Source of the DNA: Lama guanicoe
Taxonomy: Eukaryota
Reading direction: 5' to 3'
Assembly: GCA_013239625.1 (NCBI GenBank)
Contig: MU053629.1
Location: 2,011,567-2,075,566, forward strand
DNA: 64,000 bases
Shown: positions 13,872-24,837 of the stretch, piece by piece
How the letters are laid out: each line of letters begins with the position of its first letter
How positions within the stretch are numbered: the stretch's first letter is position 1
Notes under the pieces: generated by a model
Databases searched by the model: none
What the model was told of the DNA's origin: nothing
What the model saw: only the letters and a program-made list of their open reading frames with translations
Position numbers and translations under genes: made by a program

Positions 13872-14057
13872 AAGAGTTCCCATCACAAGGAAAAAAAGTT
13901 TGTTTCTTTAATGTGTCTATATGAGATGATAGATGTTCACTAAACCTATTATAATCATTTCATGATGTATGTAAGTCAAATCATTAGACTGTACACCTTA
14001 AACTTATACAGTGCTGTATGTCAGTTTTGTCTCAATAAAACTGGAAGAAAAAAACAG
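13872..14057 (+). mobile_element. LINE-1 extreme 3' end fragment
   Basis: ctgtacaccttaaacttatacagtgctgtatgtca...tctcaataaaactggaagaaaaaaa; flanking repeats taaatctattga (13860-13871) / taaatctatcga (14058-14069). Confidence 0.75.
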
Positions 14058-14724
14058 TAAATCTATCGATTTACCATCAATAAAGTGATACTTACAACTC
14101 TCACAAACAAAAACAAATGTTAAGAAGCCTAAAGCAATAATGTAAACCTCTATTACCTAGTTTTATGTCACAGATTTTATTATACGATGGATCAAAGTTC
14201 TTTATAAGACTATATGTGTAATCTTTCTCCATATGATGAAAAGCCTGTGATACACGTTTTATTGCTATGATGATCAATGGCATAGCCACATTTGGCTATA
14301 TTGCCAAATATTTTATGTCCTTAATGGAAGTCACAAATAATTCAAGAGGACTGTCATATATTCTAGAGCTAATATTGACTTTAAGCTTGTTCATATTAAC
14401 ATGAGAAAGTATATGGAAGAATAGTGCCAGAAAATGAGAAGGAACTAAAGGAGACGTATAGGAAAACAAGTCTATTAAAAAACTATCCAAAAATGTATCT
14501 CCTTGCTTGTTGATTTTACTGAAACCAGGATTCATATAGTGATATAGCAACAGAGTATAAAATTTGATTAATGCTCCAGAATTTAACATTCCTTTTAAAC
14601 ATCTCCTAAGATGGAAAGTAGGCACTCAATAACAATTTACTAAATGATCTTATGAAATTGTTGACTAATTCTTAACATTTTATATGCATAAACATCATTT
14701 TATACGTAAAAAGCTTCGTTTTAA

Positions 14725-16536
14725 TTGCTCTTTTGGCCATTTATTTTTATTTAGTTTGTGTTCAATGCAAATCAATTCCAAACACAATGTACAATCCAAA
14801 ACAGTACAGTGTTTTTGTACACTGTTCAGATGTACAGTGTTCAGATATGAAGCAAAGGGGTGTGTTCACTCACACACATAGATCTAACAGAGCTTGAGAT
14901 CTGTTGGATCTGGTTGTTCCTGTGTAGGTTTCTAAAGATGGCAAATATTGGCTTAAGACTTACTAAGAGTACTATGGACATACTAGATACTTAACACCTA
15001 AGCATCATTCTGTGAACATGTGAACTAAAGATTTCACGGAGTATCTATTTCTAAAAAGGTTTCTGTACATCAAGGCAGTTGTAAAGTTTTGCTTTCCAGA
15101 ATCAAGCCCACTTAGATTTAGTAGCAGGTTCTAACTATCTTAAAAATAATGACTGATGTAGGTGTTCCACATGTAGCTATTCTGATTCATCAAGTTTTAC
15201 AGAAAGAGCAAAAAACAGTTGTGAATTTAATGCAGGCAAATTTCCAGTCTTCATTTCCCAAAAACCCAATACACATTATTTTGGCCTCCTTCATATATTT
15301 GCCTCTTAATTTCAAGATCTGTCAAATATGCCTTCAAAACAGGTCAATTTTTAAGCTGTAAAAATTATTCAACATATGCACAAATACGAAGCAGTATTTT
15401 AAGACCGGTTGAAATCATCGTACTTCTAATCTTTGGAATCAAGTTAAGAGATCCAAATCAGCTATATGAGTCTGGCACCCTTATTGGATGGGACTGTGTG
15501 ATAGGAAATACCTATCATTTGATTTTGAATATATATGCAAGGATTACTTAATCTTGGATTTGTAGTAGATTGCAATTCATCATTGCCCTGGCACACATCT
15601 GTTACTACAAAAAGCAAAATGCAAAGGCAAATCCAAAGCCCCAGAGGAAAAAGTTACAAAAAAAACAGTAAAAACTTAACAATGTAAAACCTGGTTTAAA
15701 AAAAAAACCTGACAGAGTATATCAGCATTACACTAGGATTGCTGAAACAATACATAGAAGGTTTACCGTAATACCTGGTGAGTGTACATCATAAACAGAA
15801 TCACTGAAGCTTTTTATATTGTCTAAGCATTTTATGGCCTTCTAGGTTTCATGAACCAAAATGAAAACTGAATCTCCATTCCACAGCTCATCCTTTCTCT
15901 CTAGATGACTATGAAGTTATTATTTACCAGGTACGGTTTCAAGTGTCCATATTTCTTAAATTACACTTAATCACATCATTAATTCTCCATGGTCTTTCCA
16001 GTGTTGTACGTGAAACTCCAACAGATTTAATTTTGGCATTCATTATCTGGTCAAATCCTTCAGACGCTCTTTAAAATAGTCCAATTCGGGACTGTCAACA
16101 TTTTCTGTGTTAATAAGGAGTGGAATTAGTAGATTTGATGAAGACCTGTTTTTTTTTTCCCCCTTGCCACGCTGGACTTGTAGATGCCGCATGGAGTGAG
16201 CTTTAGGAGATGGGTTGGTAAACTGTAGCTGTTTCTTGGCCAAGTCTCTTAACGGTAGAGATGTAGAAGGGCAAGCAAGACCACAAGGAGACTAGCTGTT
16301 GACTGAAAGGCACAGCCGGCCGCCGTGGTTTGGATAGAAGGAGCTTGCGTGCTGGTTTTAACAACGGACGAATAAATCTGCATGGGTAGGAGCAGCACCA
16401 GAAGCAGCAGCCCCAAACTGAGCCTGGCCGCCATCTCCTTGCCCGCGTTGATCACTGCGCCTTGGACGGGGCTCGCTATGCGGGCGCTGGAGGATCACCG
16501 GGTCCTGGCTGATGCAAGGGAGGGACCTAGCAGGGT
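14725..16536 (-). pseudogene. CD24: Processed CD24 retrocopy (5' UTR, intronless CDS, ~1.5 kb 3' UTR) inside PCLAF intron 3
   Basis: Translation [26 protein letters not shown]...[24 protein letters not shown] matches CD24 (human [26 protein letters not shown]...[24 protein letters not shown], recalled). The parental intron position CAG|ATTTATT is fused at 16378/16377. Downstream sequence resembles the CD24 3' UTR (caggtcttcatcaaatctactaattccac...) and ends in tandem AATAAA at ~14740-14751. Confidence 0.93.
16249..16434 (-). CDS. Residual open frame of the CD24 retrocopy, 61 aa (expression unknown)
   Basis: ATG at 16434 in context gagATGg, uninterrupted to TAA at 16251-16249. The ORF-track start at 16455 is a GTG. 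Confidence 0.3.
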   Translation of the reverse strand: MAARLSLGLLLLVLLLPMQIYSSVVKTSTQAPSIQTTAAGCAFQSTASLLVVLLALLHLYR

Positions 16537-17314
16537 CTTAAATTAAGTGACTTCATAATGCCAGTGACGTGGCACCAAGCCTACCTGCCCTCACCACTCC
16601 CCACCTCCAGTCAAATAATTTGTTTTTGAAATAAAAAATTTCAAAACTCTTTGGAGAGTCTGGACACTAATACTCATAAATCGACTTAAAAAGCAGGTTG
16701 CTATTGCTTTTTTTTCCCCCAATGGTACTATTGTTTTCCTGATTCTTAAAATATGTTTGTCGTTGAAAGTTGGAAGCACTGAGTATGAGGAGAGATTTCT
16801 ACCCAGAGATTATCACTATTGATACTTGGCATATTTTGTACAGACATTTGGTATATTTATATACATGTCTTTTACACAATAATCATTGTATTTTTGTATC
16901 CAGAATTTTTGCTTAACATTTATCAAGAACACTTGCCTGACATTAAAAATTTGAACGCCTGATTTAATTATCTTCTTAGGTTTACACACTGAACTCTGTA
17001 TGTGTGCAGTTTTATACCCACCTTGTTTTGTTTTGAGGTATCCTTGCATAATTATAGAGGAGGTGTGAAGAAAATACACCATGGTGTTAGTTTTGGTTAT
17101 TTCTTGGTGATGGGGATTTCTGTATTTTTGAACTTTTCCATAATGGTTATATACTTCCTGTGGAGGTTGAACTAGTAGTTTCTGAGAGGTGGGGTTAATG
17201 GAATTCAAGCTACATAAACCACCATAGAAATTGCTTTTGAAAAAAATCTATAGAAAACAGTAAAAATTAAAGAATAAAGACCAGAAGTTCATGGTTAATA
17301 CTGTAGTACTTATC

Positions 17315-17355
17315 ATCTGAATGGGAACTTTATCTGAATGGGAATTTTATCTGAC
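17315..17355. repeat. Short tandem duplication (17-bp unit atctgaatgggaa(c/t)ttt, ~2.4 copies)
   Basis: Directly visible. Confidence 0.8.
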
Positions 17356-17657
17356 CCTCTTTCAGTGACTGAGATTAGTAAAAATAATAACTTCTACTTA
17401 CGTCTCAAATTTCAGAGTGACTTAAATAAGGGATTAGCAGTTTTTAAAAGTTCTGGTTTCAGAGTTTGGGTATTTTAAGCACCAGCCACCCTTTCTCCTT
17501 CCTTAGCCCTGCAATAAACCTTTTTCGGCTCCAAAAAAAAAAAAAAAACTGGTTTATATTTTCTTATCTGCTCAAAGAGAAATCTTTCCGTTACTCGATA
17601 TTCTGTTGTCTTTTATCTTCAAGAATATGTCTTCATATTCCAAATATAAAAACTTAC

Positions 17658-17820
17658 TTTCTCTTTGCTTTTCCCAAGCCACTGCTTCCTGCCTCTTCAG
17701 AAATTCTATTCTCTTTTTCTGAATCTTTAGGGGACAGCCTGAAGAATTCTCCGATTCCTTTTTGCCACTTGGGAGTTGGGCGCACACAAACTGGATTTCC
17801 TCCTGCATATTTATTTTCTG
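17658..17820 (-). CDS. PCLAF: PCLAF coding exon 3 (PIP box, KEN box)
   Basis: tatag|...|gtaagt; 163 nt encoding AENKYAGGNPVCVRPTPKWQKGIGEFFRLSPKDSEKENRISEEAGSSGLGKAKR, containing PIP box QKGIGEFF and KEN. Confidence 0.97.
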
Positions 17821-17954
17821 CTATAAAATATAAACAGATGGAACTAAGTAAAAATTAGGAATACAATCACCATTCCTTAAAGGGAAACTTAATTCTTTAG
17901 CATCAAATCTAAATGATATTAAATGATATTACATCCACCTTAAAGTGAATTTCA

Positions 17955-18073
17955 TTTTATTTTTTTGTGGGGGAAGTAATTAAGTTTATTTTTAGAGGAG
18001 GTACTGGGGATTGAACCCAGTTCCTTGTGCATGTTAAGTATGCACTCTATCACTTGAGCTATATCCTTCCCCT
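17955..18073 (-). mobile_element. tRNA-Ala-derived SINE
   Basis: gaggtactggggattgaacccag...gagctatatccttcccc; imperfect flanking repeats taaagtgaattt / taaaatgaaattt. Confidence 0.9.
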
Positions 18074-18486
18074 TAAAATGAAATTTAAAATGTAACATAA
18101 TAAAGCTGTATTCAGTCAGTAGTACATTATACATTATTATATATATCATTTAGCCTAGAAAAATTGCATTAACAAAATAGAAAATATTTTTCACATTTTC
18201 TCCACAAGCAGAGGTATTCAGTTAGTCTTATGTACTGTCTTACTAAAATTTGACACAGTTTTTTTCCGTATGTTCTTAACTAGGGCTTGTGGAATTTATC
18301 TTCCAAACTGCTCAACTTCCTACTGAAAGAAATGAGACACTAGATGGCACGGTATTTCCTCAACCTCTCATGGCACAGAAGGAATGGTGTGAAGGTATTT
18401 CCCTGGCCCAGTTTTCCCTCCTAATGTCCCAAAAGCAGTATCAGGAGCTGCAAAGTTTGAAAACACACGCCAAGGACACCACACAC

Positions 18487-18487
<1 letters not shown>

Positions 18488-18534
<47 letters not shown>

Positions 18535-18568
18535 AAGAAAGAAAAGAAAAGAAAGGGAAGGAAGGAAG
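18488..18568. repeat. A45 homopolymer followed by GA-rich repeat
   Basis: Pure A run 18488-18532, then gaaa/gaaaa/gaag units. Confidence 0.95.
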
Positions 18569-19015
18569 CCTGGAAAGTAGGTAGTAAGGGAAAAAAAATG
18601 CACAGAAATGAAAACAAAAACATTTACAGGAAGGAGACAACGTGATTAGCACTGTCAACTATTGTCCTAATTCTTAATCTAGTAAAGAGGTGCTTAAATA
18701 GCCCCTCACAAGAAAAAGTCCATCTGTAAATATTAAGAAAAATAAGAACGCTAAAGCAGAAAAGAAAAAGGTTTGAAGAGAAAGTTTGTCCGTCCCTAAT
18801 TCTTTACTATGCAACACCCCACCTCCACCCCAGCGCGCCAAGAGACCAAGGCCCATTCATTATATCAGAGGGCAAGGAAGAAATTCAGGGGTGAGGATCT
18901 CAGGAAAAGAAATTCCACGGTGGGTCAGGGGGCTCGCAGGTCAGGAGAACTGTGGTGCCAGGCCTGATCTCCTTTTGAGAGGGTTCCTCCAGGAGCTTGC
19001 AGGGGCGCTTTTTAC

Positions 19016-19096
19016 CTTTCCGTGACGAAAACGACGTGGAATTATTGGCAGACGTTGAGGAACCAAGCACCTTCCTGGGGGCTCGAGAAGCCACCA
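19016..19096 (-). CDS. PCLAF: PCLAF coding exon 2
   Basis: ccgcag|...|gtaaaa; 81 nt encoding VVASRAPRKVLGSSTSANNSTSFSSRK. Confidence 0.97.
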
Positions 19097-19390
19097 CTGC
19101 GGAGAGAGGTAAAGGACAGCATTCAGAAGGGGATAGGAAGTCTTACAGCCACGTTCTTACCAGTCTCTGACCCAGCCGACCGCAGAGAAGAGCCCCGCGA
19201 TGCAGAACAGCAGATAACCCTCCCCTGTCCCCGCCGCTTCTTCCTCCTGATTAAAGGGGCCGGGCCGCCCCTTCCTGGCGGGCTGGACCAGTTTGGCGGG
19301 CAGCGCCGTGGGGAGTCCCGGCCTCTCCCGCCTGCGGCGGGGATGTCCGAAGAACCACCTGCCCTTCACTGTAGTGCTCGACTGCCTCAC

Positions 19391-19436
19391 CTTTTCTGTA
19401 GGTGCCAGGGACACCATCTGCTTTAGTCCGCACCAT
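19391..19436 (-). CDS. PCLAF: PCLAF coding exon 1
   Basis: ATG at 19436; MVRTKADGVPGTYRK then donor G|gtgagg; 46 nt. Confidence 0.97.
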
Positions 19437-19720
19437 GTTCAAACACGAGATGAGAGCAATCAACTGACACTCCAGTCAAGGGTGTTTCACGGTACAAGGC
19501 CCTGAAAACGAATCTCCCGCCAGAGTTTATATTGGTCGCTTTCCCGCGCGCTCCCTGTACTCTCCCGGGCCGCCGCTCTCATTGGTCCCGCGCCTTTAAC
19601 GCGCAACCAATCACCAGTGTCCGGTGGTGACTGCTGCCGGCGCTGGGCGAGGTGTTGACCCGCCCATCAACTCGCAGAAGGTTGTGATTCGTATCTGCCC
19701 CAGGTGGGCGATGCCAGGGT
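19437..19720 (-). promoter_or_regulatory. PCLAF: PCLAF cell-cycle promoter / CpG island (CCAAT, E2F, CHR-like sites)
   Basis: CCAAT boxes at 19531-19535, 19581-19585 and 19607-19611; E2F-like tttcccgcg (19540-19548) and tctcccgcc (19513-19521); minus-strand TTTGAA at 19443-19438. Confidence 0.8.
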
Positions 19721-20977
19721 GCTTTCCTAGGGTGCCCAATGTGTGGGTGATAAGACTCTGAACCAGGGGAAAGGGCCTATTAAGAAAAGAAAGCCCAAGA
19801 AAGACAGTGAATTCCAGTATTTCCTCAAAAGTTAACCACAGGCTTCTATCCATAGTGATTGACTCCCAGAAGCAACATCTGAAATGAACTTCTTGATGCA
19901 AATTAAAATAAAGAGAACGTTCCTTTAATAACTGAGGCATGCACTCTCTTTACAGCGTCCATAATTAAAACAATTCTATGGAATGGGAAAAAGGAAGCTA
20001 ATGCAATTTATTTACAGGTTTTTTTTTTTTTAGGATAGTGCGAAACTGAAGAAAAAACTGGGTGACTTGTATATACATACATACATTAAAAGAGACGTTA
20101 TTATTATTACAATAAAACATTTTCCTGAGATCTGTATGGTCTCACAATTCCTTAAAAATATGTCAAATGTGCAAAGGGTATATCCCTGGCACATCGTGTA
20201 CTCTCGAATAGGATCTCATAACTATTGTTTATCCCTATGCTTATCTTAATTACTCACAGTATCCCTGGGGGAGTGATTTTCACTCTCTGAATACCATTCA
20301 CAAAACCTGATCAAATGAACTTGCCTTAGGATGTATATTGTTAAATGTGTACTTCAAAGGTAACCCTGAAAATTTAAGCACAGCATAGATTCTTTCCAAT
20401 GAATTATGCTTGAACTTTCTGAATAAAGGTTACTCTGTAATTTAACAGAATCAACAACTACTTTGTGTTTTTTAATTACAGAATCTAGACAACAGATGAA
20501 ACTAACACTGTAATAGGAGGAAATGTATTGCAAATTACTTGTAGTTTAATCTAAATCTTAGAGCCTAAGATTATAGCCAAATTCCTATCAGAAAAGTCAA
20601 CAAGCCCTAAGGTATCCTTCTTTGTTCCTTGTCATCAAGCCCCTCTCAATACACAACATTTCTTCAGTGCACATTATTTCCATTTCAGATAAGTGGCTTC
20701 TACTTAAGGCCTGAATTACCTAATTTGAACTCATATCCATGATCCTTGGAAAGATCAGAAATGCATAGAGAACCTGGTCTTTTCTCTTGGTCCACAGGCC
20801 AAATAAATTGCTAGAAAGAATTGCAAATATACCTTTGTACAAAGGATCTACATATTACTATAGCTATATTTGTAGGTTTGTCTTTTTAATGTCAATTATG
20901 ATAAGGAAGCATGTATATTAGAGTAAAAATTAAGAAAAAACAGTGATATGGAGTAAAAATTCCTTTTTAAAATTTTT

Positions 20978-21004
20978 TGAGGAGGTAATTAGGTTTATTT
21001 TTTT
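20978..21004 (-). mobile_element. Tail half of a SINE split by an L1-containing insertion
   Basis: ggaggtaattaggtttattt is the tail seen in intact copies; the matching head resumes at ~22990. Confidence 0.7.
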
Positions 21005-21190
21005 CCACTCTCACCACTTTTATTTAATATAGTATTTTTTAGATAAAACAAAACTTTAATTGCAAAGCAATCTGTTACAGTGTAAGATGTTTCAATACAA
21101 ATACATTAGCTATTTGTTTCTATAGTAGCTTCAAAAAGTGACTTGTCATGCATTATGATATTTCAGAGTGTGCTCAATAGGTTTTTTCTG

Positions 21191-21222
<32 letters not shown>

Positions 21223-22950
21223 TTAAAGATGACTTAAAGAAATAGAAAGATATGCCATGTTCTTGGATCGGATGAATTAATATTGTTAAAATGGCCATAC
21301 TACCCAAAGTAATCTACTGATTTAATATGATCCCTAGGAAATTACCCAGGACATTTTTCACAGAACTAGAACAAATAATCATAAAATTTATATGGAATCA
21401 CAGAAGACCCAGAATTGCCAAATTAATACTGAAGAAAAAAAAATAGAGCTGGAGGAATAACCCTCCCAGATTTCAGACAATACTATAGGGCTACAGCATT
21501 GATGTAGATCAATGGAACAGAATAGAGAGCCCAGAAATAAACCCACAGACCTATGGTCAATTAATCTTTGACAAAGGAAGCAAGAATTTACAATGGAGTA
21601 AAGACAGTCTCTCCAGAAAATGGTGTTGGGAAAACTGGACAGCTGCACATAAATCAATGAAGTTAGTTACAATATTCCCTCATACCACACACAAAAATAA
21701 ACTCAAAATGGCTTAAAGATTTAAACATAAGACTAGACACTATAAACCTCTTGGAAGAAAATATAGGCAAAACATTATCTGACATAAATCTCAGCAATGT
21801 TCTCTTCTAGGGCAGTCTACCCAGGCAATAGAAATAAAAGCAAGAATAAACAAATGGAACCTAACTAAACTTTTAAGCTTTTGCACAGCAAAGGAAACCA
21901 TAAGCAAAACAAAAAGACAACCTACGGAATGGAAGAAAATATTTGCAAAAGATGAGATTGACAAAGGCTTAATTTCCAGAATAGAAAAACAATTCATACA
22001 ACTTAGTAAAAAAATCCAAAAATAGGCAAAAGACTTAAACAAGCAATTCTCCAATGAAGACATACAAATGGCCAATAAGCACATGAAAAAATGCTCAATA
22101 TCACTAATTATCAGAGAAATGTAAATTAAAACTACAACGAGGTATCGCCTCACACCAGTCAGAATAGCCATCATTCGGAAGTCCACAAACAATAAATGCT
22201 GGAGAGGATGTGAAGAAAAGGGGACCCTCCTACACTGTTGGTGGGAACATAGTTCAGAGCAGCCATTATAGAAAACAGCATAGATTTCTCAAAAAACTAA
22301 AAATTGACTTACCATATGACACAGCAATCACACTCCTGGGCATATATCCACAGGGAACTTTAGTTCTAAAAGATATATGCACCCCAATGTTAAAAGCAGC
22401 ATTATTTACAATAGCCACAACATGGAAGAAACCTAAACGTCCATTGACAGATGACTGGATAAAGAAATTGTGTTATATTTATACAATGAAATACTACTCA
22501 GCCCTAAAAAGGATAAAGCAATACCATTTGCAGCAACTTGGATGGACCTGGAGATTGTCATTCTAAGTAAGCCAGAAAGAGAAAGAAAAATACCGTATGA
22601 TATCACTTACATATGGAATCAAAAAAAAAAAAAGACAAATGAACTTATTTACAAAACAGAAACAGACTCACAGACATAGAAAACAAACTTTTGGTTACCA
22701 AGGAGGAAAGAGGGTGGGAAGGGATAAATTGGAAGTTTGAGGTTTGCAGATACTAACTAATAAATATGAAATAGATAAACAACAAGTTTATACTGTATAC
22801 CACAGGGAACTATTCAATATCTTGTAGTAACTTAGAAGGAAAAAGAATATGAAAACAAATATATGCATGTATATGTATGACTGAACTATTATGCTATACA
22901 TCAGAAATTGACACAATATTGTAAACTGAATATATTTCAAGGAAAAAAAA
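21005..22950 (+). mobile_element. 5'-truncated LINE-1 (ORF2 3' half and 3' UTR) with an internal inverted non-L1 segment
   Basis: ORF2-like translation PLSPLLFNIV (21005-21034), then KDDLK..KDMPCSWIG..NIVKMAILPK from ~21225; frameshifted; 3' UTR and short A tail at ~22943-22951. Confidence 0.92.
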
Positions 22951-22989
22951 ACAAGGGAAGAAACTCGAGGACATGGGATAAAAGAGACT

Positions 22990-23075
22990 ATTTGTTGATG
23001 GAGATACTGGGGATTGAACCTAGGCCCGCCTGTATGTTAAGCATACACTGTACCACTGAGCTATACCCTCCCCTC
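22990..23075 (-). mobile_element. Head half of the split tRNA-Ala-derived SINE
   Basis: gatggagatactggggattgaacctagg...cactgagctataccctcccc, lacking its own tail. Confidence 0.85.
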
Positions 23076-23311
23076 CTCCAAAAAAATCTTAATTTAAATG
23101 TTTGCTTTGTTGAAGTTCTTCTCCTTTACAGTTAAATAAAACAGAGTTGTGTGGTGTGAATGTGAAATTTCTAAAGGTGTAGGGCATTAAGAAAAGTTGT
23201 AGTATGTACAAATGAAATTTCTGCCTAAATTTATACATAAGAATATCTTTAAATCATATTAAATAAATGTGCTTGCTTTGTTCAGGCAGAAATTTATTTT
23301 AATAAATGATA

Positions 23312-23442
23312 ATGGGAGCTATATTCAATATCTTGTAGTAACCGATATTGGATAAAAATGAAAAAGTATATATATGTATAACTGAGTCACTTTGCTGTGA
23401 TACTGACACAACACTGTAAATCAACTGTATTTCAATTTTAAA
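23312..23442 (+). mobile_element. LINE-1 3' end fragment
   Basis: gggagctatattcaatatcttgtagtaacc...ctgtaaatcaactgtatttcaa, similar to 22805-22940. Confidence 0.75.
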
Positions 23443-24589
23443 ATGATGATTATGAATGGCATTATATTACATATATTACAAACTAGAGATTACAATCATT
23501 AACATATTCCTTATAAAAAAAGAACATTTTTATTCTTAAGGTTCTCGTAATTTCATCATAATATGCATGATATACTAAGTCCTATTGTACAAATAGCTTA
23601 GGTTAGTCTCTGTCTCCAAAAATTTAACATTTTAGTTAACAGAACAGTATAAAAACAGGTAAGGAAGTTGAATACGTTAGAATTAGTATTAAACGTAGCA
23701 GATTTCTATGAAGAAACAAAACTTGTACCATTTATGAACATTCAGAGTGTTTTTTTAAGCTGGTAAATCATGGATTTTCCAAATTAATTATAAAGACAAT
23801 CTATACTTAATGTACATCAACATATATATGATTCTGATTATTTATGTTGGTAAACATATTAACATAAAAAGGTGAAACAGCATCCATTATTGTAATTACT
23901 TAGCCTAAACAGCCTAATGTGAATGAAAAACCTATACACGTAACATAAAGCCAGTCAATTAAATTTACTGATGAACTATGTCAGAAGACATTATGTTCTC
24001 CAGAAAAATCTGGCTAAATTTTTCCCAGTCCGTTGTCCCAGTGGAGTAGGAAGTAGCCAAAGACCTTTAACTCTGGTCACCTTGGGTTCAAATAATTTTA
24101 ACTTCTTAAAAATCAATACGTATGATTCATGTGGAAGGTCTTCAAAGCCAAACCCCAGCACCTGTTTTACTTGTTTTCCCCTCCTTGAGCTTGCAAAGTT
24201 GTCGTGGCCCTCCTAGAAAAGACCTGGCTCAAAAAAATAAATAGAGATTTTAGCAGCCTGACTCTAGTATTGGACTGTATAAAAACCACAGTGCCACCGG
24301 AGCAAATCCTTACAGCATTTACTCTTAGTTTTCAAGTGCTATTTAAAATGTTTTACATAAAACCAGACCAATTCAAGAGCTGGCCCCTCCAGTTACAGGG
24401 TATTATGTTGTTTTTTTCCTAACCTGTAGTTTTTATAGGTATTTGCACTGTCTTCTCAGCAGAATTCCCAATTTTCACGTCCTACATCTGACGACGCGGA
24501 AGCATCACGCACAGATGGAGCCCTGGTACAATTGAAAACATCAGGAAGTGGGAAGGAGGAGGTGGCACAGGTGGGAGGGATCTGTGTTG

Positions 24590-24635
24590 GGGGCGGTGCT
24601 ACGGCGTGGGGCGGTGCTACGGCGTGGGGCGGTGC
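24590..24635 (+). repeat. 18-bp tandem repeat ggggcggtgctacggcgt x2.5
   Basis: Perfect units at 24590-24607 and 24608-24625, partial 24626-24635. Confidence 0.95.
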
Positions 24636-24736
24636 CGGCTGGCGGAACCCGCGCGAGCGAGGTCGGTGTTGCGAAGGGAACTAGTCCGGCGCAGGACGCC
24701 GAACGTTTGTAGCCCAGCTGGTTCCGGCTGGGGAAA

Positions 24737-24837
24737 ATGGCGGTGGCCGGGGCGGCGTCCCAGGAGCAGCTGGTGGGCTGGTGCACCCAGCAGTTGCGGA
24801 AAACTTTCGGCCTGGATGTCAGTGAGGAGATCATACA
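24737..24837 (+). CDS. TRIP4: TRIP4 / activating signal cointegrator 1, exon 1
   Basis: MAVAGAASQEQLVGWCTQQLRKTFGLDVSEEII; donor CA|gtaaga; 101 nt. Confidence 0.96.

Noticed and set aside
14881..14910. Imperfect inverted repeat in the retrocopy 3' UTR
   Set aside because: Short, with a C-A mismatch in the transcribed strand; not distinguishable from chance.
16043..16243. 66-aa ORF directly after the CD24 frame
   Set aside because: Non-ATG start; lies in sequence matching the CD24 3' UTR.
14695..16560. Target-site duplication and poly(A) tail for the CD24 retrocopy
   Set aside because: Only a few A residues follow the 3' end and I found no convincing flanking direct repeat, so the boundaries remain approximate.
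18289..18658. Poly-Lys and poly-Phe ORFs
   Set aside because: Translations of the A45 homopolymer.
21388..22679. ORFs of 69-133 aa
   Set aside because: Sense and antisense fragments of decayed L1 ORF2; not an intact element.
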